DNA from: Persephonella sp.
GTDB lineage: Bacteria; Aquificota; Aquificia; Aquificales; Hydrogenothermaceae
DNA: 64,000 bases
Direction of reading: 5' to 3'
NCBI RefSeq assembly: GCF_027023985.1
Contig: NZ_JALVTW010000035.1
Span: 1,374-65,373, forward strand
Positions 60,580 through 64,000 of this stretch are shown here, piece by piece (positions within the stretch are counted from its first letter, which is position 1; every line of letters starts with the position of its first letter). A program made the translations under genes and the position numbers. Below the pieces are notes generated by a model that worked only from the letters and a program-made list of their open reading frames with translations, was not told the DNA's origin and made no database searches.

Positions 60580-61695
60580 ATGGATAAAAGGAAAATATCT
60601 GCAATAGCAATAATAAATATACTTACTTTTCTGGTTTCCTTATCCTATGAAATGACATTTACAGTTATGCCGTTTTTCCTTGTTAATTCTCTTGGCGTTT
60701 CTATGGTAGTTATAGGTATTCTTGAAGGTGGTTATGATCTTGTGTCAAATCTTGTGAAAATACTTTCAGGATATTGGTCTGATATATTCAGCAAAAGGAA
60801 ATTTTTACTAACAGGTATTTTTCTGTCCATAGCCGCAAGATTTTATTTCATATTTGGTAAAAAATGGGATGATATATTAATGGGAACAATCTTGGATTCT
60901 GTATCTGATGGCACAATAGTGCCTATTTCAGACACAATCTTGTCTTCTGAAAAGAAAAAAAGCTTAGGAAAAACCTTCGGCATAAACAGGGCTATTGAGA
61001 GTATCGGGGGACTTTTGGGTATCCTTGTTGCATTCCTTTATACTGCTTTATTCCTTGATGTGCCATATCAAAAATATTTTTATTTAAGTATTATTCCCTT
61101 ATTAATTGCAGGGATTGTTATCCTTTTTCTTCCGGAATACAGACCTCCGACAAAAAAATATAGAATTCCCATAATATCCTGGGAAATGTTTTTCCCAAAA
61201 TACCTGTATTTATTTTTTATTCTCTCTTTTGCAAACTTTGGTTATTCCTTTTATATTCTAAAAGTATATGACCAGACACTTAGTGAATATAAAACAGTCG
61301 GCATCTATGTTATATTTACAATAATAATAGCTATAGCTTCATACTTAAGTGGAAAATTTTATGACCGATTAGGAGAGAAAAGGTTTTTATATCTGACAAT
61401 TTTTTTATTTTTTATATCTCATCTGCTGATGATTAGTTTATCCATAATGGGATTTATAATATTTGCTTTTGCAGATGCATTTCTTGAGATTGGAATATGG
61501 GCTACAGTAGGGAAAAAGGTAAAATTTAGAAAAGGATTTGTATTTGGAACTTATCACTTTATTGTAGGATTTTCATCTCTACTTGCAGGGGTTGTTGCAG
61601 GATATTTATGGGATACAATAAATCCCGAGGCTCCTTTTATAATGGGAAGTATAGCCTCTGTAATTGCATTTATTTTAATTAGAAGATTTTTTTAG
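60580..61695 (+). CDS. MFS transporter
   Basis: About 12 hydrophobic segments; GYWSDIFSKRK motif A-like. Confidence 0.85.
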   Translation: MDKRKISAIAIINILTFLVSLSYEMTFTVMPFFLVNSLGVSMVVIGILEGGYDLVSNLVKILSGYWSDIFSKRKFLLTGIFLSIAARFYFIFGKKWDDILMGTILDSVSDGTIVPISDTILSSEKKKSLGKTFGINRAIESIGGLLGILVAFLYTALFLDVPYQKYFYLSIIPLLIAGIVILFLPEYRPPTKKYRIPIISWEMFFPKYLYLFFILSFANFGYSFYILKVYDQTLSEYKTVGIYVIFTIIIAIASYLSGKFYDRLGEKRFLYLTIFLFFISHLLMISLSIMGFIIFAFADAFLEIGIWATVGKKVKFRKGFVFGTYHFIVGFSSLLAGVVAGYLWDTINPEAPFIMGSIASVIAFILIRRFF

Positions 61696-61721
61696 ATAAA
61701 ATTAAAAGAAAAAGGAAAAAA

Positions 61722-62726
61722 ATGAGTAAAATAGGAAAATTTTTAAGCAAAACCCCACAAGAAGAAAATGGAATAGAACAGGATTTAGCTGATATACACC
61801 CGTTTAGTCAGGTTAAACCCAGGAAAAGAAAAAAATATATTGCTCTAATCGCACTTGGGATTTCTACACTAATTGTTTATGCTACTGTGGCTTATTTTCT
61901 ACTTAAAGAAAATTCTGAGAAAAACACTGGAGAAAATTTACATCAGCAAGAGATAGCTAAAAAAGAAATACCTCCGGAAAAATCTGTTAAAGTAGAAACA
62001 AATATAAAAACAGAAAACAAGCCTGAAGCCCTTGAAAAACCTAAAATAACATTTGTCCCAAAAGCTATAGATTTTAAAATAAATGTTTCAACTATTCATA
62101 AGGAAATATCCCTTGGATTAAAACGTATCTCCGTTCCAAAGCTCTCATACAGGAAGCAAAAGCCAGCGTCAAAGTATAAAAGATTACTACAAGAAGCCAA
62201 AACAGCTGAACTTAATAAAAATTATGATGAGGCGATCAGGCTATATAAAAAAATCTGGAGCATATCCAAAAAAAATCCAGAAGTTTTATACAGAATTGCC
62301 TTGAACTACTTTAAAACCGGTAAATTTTCAGTAGCCCAAAGATATTTAGACCAGTATCTAAAAATAAATAAAGACGATATTCAGGCCGTTATTCTAAGTG
62401 CAAAAATTAGCGAGAAACAGGGTGATATGAAAAAAGCCCAGGCTATTCTTGAAGAGGCTTACTTTTTACATCCTGAAAATAAAGATATACTTGAAAATTT
62501 AGGAAAGCTCTATGAAAAACAAAATGAACTACTTGTTGCAAAGGATATTTATAAAACACTTGCTGACCTTGGATATATTGAAGGAAAACTTGGGCTGGCA
62601 AGAATATACGAAAAACTAAATGATAAAGCCTCTGCAATGCAGATATATCAGGAAATTTACGAAGACCCTAATACTCCGGAAGATATACGCCAAAAAGTTG
62701 AAACAAAGATTATTTCTCTGCAGTAA
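61722..62726 (+). CDS. Membrane-anchored TPR protein
   Basis: TM at about aa 39-60, charged linker, several TPR repeats. Confidence 0.8.
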   Translation: MSKIGKFLSKTPQEENGIEQDLADIHPFSQVKPRKRKKYIALIALGISTLIVYATVAYFLLKENSEKNTGENLHQQEIAKKEIPPEKSVKVETNIKTENKPEALEKPKITFVPKAIDFKINVSTIHKEISLGLKRISVPKLSYRKQKPASKYKRLLQEAKTAELNKNYDEAIRLYKKIWSISKKNPEVLYRIALNYFKTGKFSVAQRYLDQYLKINKDDIQAVILSAKISEKQGDMKKAQAILEEAYFLHPENKDILENLGKLYEKQNELLVAKDIYKTLADLGYIEGKLGLARIYEKLNDKASAMQIYQEIYEDPNTPEDIRQKVETKIISLQ

Positions 62727-63308
62727 TTATTCCTGTATTTCTCCAGTTAGATAAAGGTCTATTACATTACATAATGCATGCTCTAGTGTAAGATGAACCT
62801 CCTGAATTCTTGCCGTTCTGTTATGGGGAACGATAAAAGCTGTATCAACAATATCTTTTAGCTTTCCTCCATCTTTACCTAAAAAGCCCACTGTAAATAT
62901 TCCTAACTTTTTTGCAACTTCAACTGCATTAATCACATTTTCAGAATTTCCACTGGTGGATATCCCTATCAGAATATCCCCTTTCTGCCCTAAAGCCTCA
63001 ACCTGTCTGGAAAATATATATTCAAAACCATAATCATTTCCAATGGCTGTTAAAGCTGATGTATCTGTTGTTAGGGCTATGGCAGGATATCCTTTCCTTT
63101 CCTTTTCAAATCTTCCTACTATCTCAGCTGCAAAATGCTGTGCATCTGCGGCAGAACCACCATTTCCACATATTAGAACCTTGTATCCTGCTTTGAGCCT
63201 TTTTGCCATTAATATCCCTAATGCAGCTATTTGCTCTGAATATTTATAAACAAACTCCTTTTTTAATGAGGCACTTTCCTCAAATATATTTATAATAAGG
63301 TCTTCCAT
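62727..63308 (-). CDS. gmhA: Phosphoheptose isomerase
   Basis: [27 protein letters not shown]. Confidence 0.97.
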   Translation of the reverse strand: MEDLIINIFEESASLKKEFVYKYSEQIAALGILMAKRLKAGYKVLICGNGGSAADAQHFAAEIVGRFEKERKGYPAIALTTDTSALTAIGNDYGFEYIFSRQVEALGQKGDILIGISTSGNSENVINAVEVAKKLGIFTVGFLGKDGGKLKDIVDTAFIVPHNRTARIQEVHLTLEHALCNVIDLYLTGEIQE

Positions 63309-63318
63309 TTTTCTCTCC

Positions 63319-63346
63319 TTGATTTTTTATTAGAAGATATTATAAT
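63319..63346 (+). promoter_or_regulatory. sigma70 promoter of tRNA-Ser
   Basis: TTGATT-16 nt-TATAAT, 16 nt upstream of the tRNA. Confidence 0.65.
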
Positions 63347-63362
63347 ATATACTCTCTCACGC

Positions 63363-63453
63363 GGAGGGTTGGCCGAGCGGACGAAGGCGGGTGATTTGAA
63401 ATCACTTGAGGGTTAACAGCCCTCCGGGGGTTCGAATCCCTCACCCTCCGCCA
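63363..63453 (+). tRNA. tRNA-Ser (anticodon TGA)
   Basis: Acceptor GGAGGGT/ACCCTCC plus G-CCA; anticodon arm GGTGA-TTTGAAA-TCACT; long variable arm; GTTCGAATC. Confidence 0.96.
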
Positions 63454-63469
63454 TTAAACTACTATAATT

Positions 63470-63582
63470 TCCGAAAAAAATGGGACACCCCCACCTTCGC
63501 AAACTCTTGATACTCAATAATCAAAAAGGTGTCCCAGACACATGATTTTTTGGTTTTCACTTTGTCCGAAAAAAATGGGACA
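63470..63582. repeat. Cluster of att-arm-like repeats
   Basis: 18-bp perfect direct repeat TCCGAAAAAAATGGGACA (63470-63487, 63565-63582); inverted pair TGGGACACC (63481-63489) / GGTGTCCCA (63528-63536); IHF-consensus match TATCAAGAGTTTG on the minus strand (63500-63512). Confidence 0.8.
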
Positions 63583-63600
63583 GTTTGAAAAATTTCTGAT

Positions 63601-63777
63601 TTATTTTGAGATTATTCTTTGAAGTTTTAAGCCCAGCTTTCTGAAGCAATTTCTACAAATGTGAAGGTGGTTTTTGAGTTTTCCGTCAACATAACCACTG
63701 TAGTGGAAAATATCTCTGCCTTTATAGGTCTTTTTGCAAAAATCACATTTGATAATAATATCTGGCTTATTGTTCAT
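63601..63777 (-). CDS. 58-aa CxxC...CxxC putative Zn-finger protein
   Basis: Manual translation MNNKPDIIIKCDFCKKTYKGRDIFHYSGYVDGKLKNHLHICRNCFRKLGLKLQRIISK*; overlaps the upstream ORF by 11 nt; below the ORF-track cutoff. Confidence 0.65.
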   Translation of the reverse strand: MNNKPDIIIKCDFCKKTYKGRDIFHYSGYVDGKLKNHLHICRNCFRKLGLKLQRIISK

Positions 63778-64000
63778 TTTTTAAACTCTCTTTCAAACTC
63801 TCACACCAATTTTTATACTTCAACCAATTTTCAGATATTATCTTTGCGTTTTCTGTGTCTGCACAATAATAGTATTTATTTTCAAACTTTACTCTGAATA
63901 TCTGATAAGGCGTAAACTCTGGTTTTTCAGGAATAACAGGCTTCTGGCACTCTATATAAACAGGCTTTTCTATGTATTTGTAAACTATTTTGGGTTGCTG
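63767..64000 (-). CDS. C-terminal part of a small Pro/Cys-containing protein, o-spanin-like; starts beyond the window
   Basis: Open frame QQPKIVYKYIEKPVYIECQKPVIPEKPEF...CADTENAKIISENWLKYKNWCESLKESLKNEQ*. Confidence 0.55.
   Translation of the reverse strand, partial: QQPKIVYKYIEKPVYIECQKPVIPEKPEFTPYQIFRVKFENKYYYCADTENAKIISENWLKYKNWCESLKESLKNEQ

Larger units (their letters stand above)
63454..64000. mobile_element. Probable edge of a prophage or integrative element inserted at tRNA-Ser
   Basis: tRNA 3-prime end followed by att-like repeats and two small phage-style ORFs. No integrase inside the window. Confidence 0.55.

Noticed and set aside
63363-63453. tRNA with TGA in the loop read as a selenocysteine tRNA
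   Set aside because: The anticodon is UGA, which reads UCA (Ser). tRNA-Sec needs anticodon UCA and a longer acceptor stem; this one has 7 bp.
63470-63582. 18-bp direct repeat as a degenerate CRISPR array
   Set aside because: There are only two copies, the 77-bp spacer is too long, and no cas genes or leader are present. An att-arm reading fits better.
63661-63897. 78-aa plus-strand ORF in the track
   Set aside because: It is antisense to two overlapping minus-strand ORFs with more protein-like patterns, and it has no SD.

Overview
Mostly core chromosomal DNA from an AT-rich bacterium. Gene content and protein style suggest Aquificota, probably Hydrogenothermaceae (Persephonella-like); this is inference. 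About 70 tightly packed housekeeping genes cover translation (rbfA, rsmA, rplS, rpsA, rpmI-rplT-pheST, der, dtd), replication and repair (dnaX-ebfC-recR, ruvC, rnhB, herA), envelope (two GT9 heptosyltransferases, gmhA, murJ, rlpA, an MBOAT plus two SGNH proteins), metabolism (four-subunit por operon, dxs, ispH, accA, metH, speD, hisIE, purC, bioW/bioH, otsA) and motility (PilZ protein-motA-motB-motB). Two RNA genes are present: 6S RNA and tRNA-Ser(TGA). No CRISPR array, rRNA or transposase was seen. Best leads: (1) a pair of mutually exclusive RNA helices around the 6S RNA that could hide or free the Shine-Dalgarno of the ygfA-rny (RNase Y) operon; (2) an unannotated, strongly SD-led uORF overlapping the start of speD; (3) a probable prophage or integrative-element edge right after tRNA-Ser, with arm-like repeats, an IHF-consensus site, an unannotated Zn-finger ORF and a spanin-like ORF; (4) two single-frameshift genes (a HEPN protein and amtB); (5) an MBOAT carrying a fused DltX-like FxYxxF tail beside two SGNH proteins. 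All structures were paired by eye, and no databases or folding programs were run.
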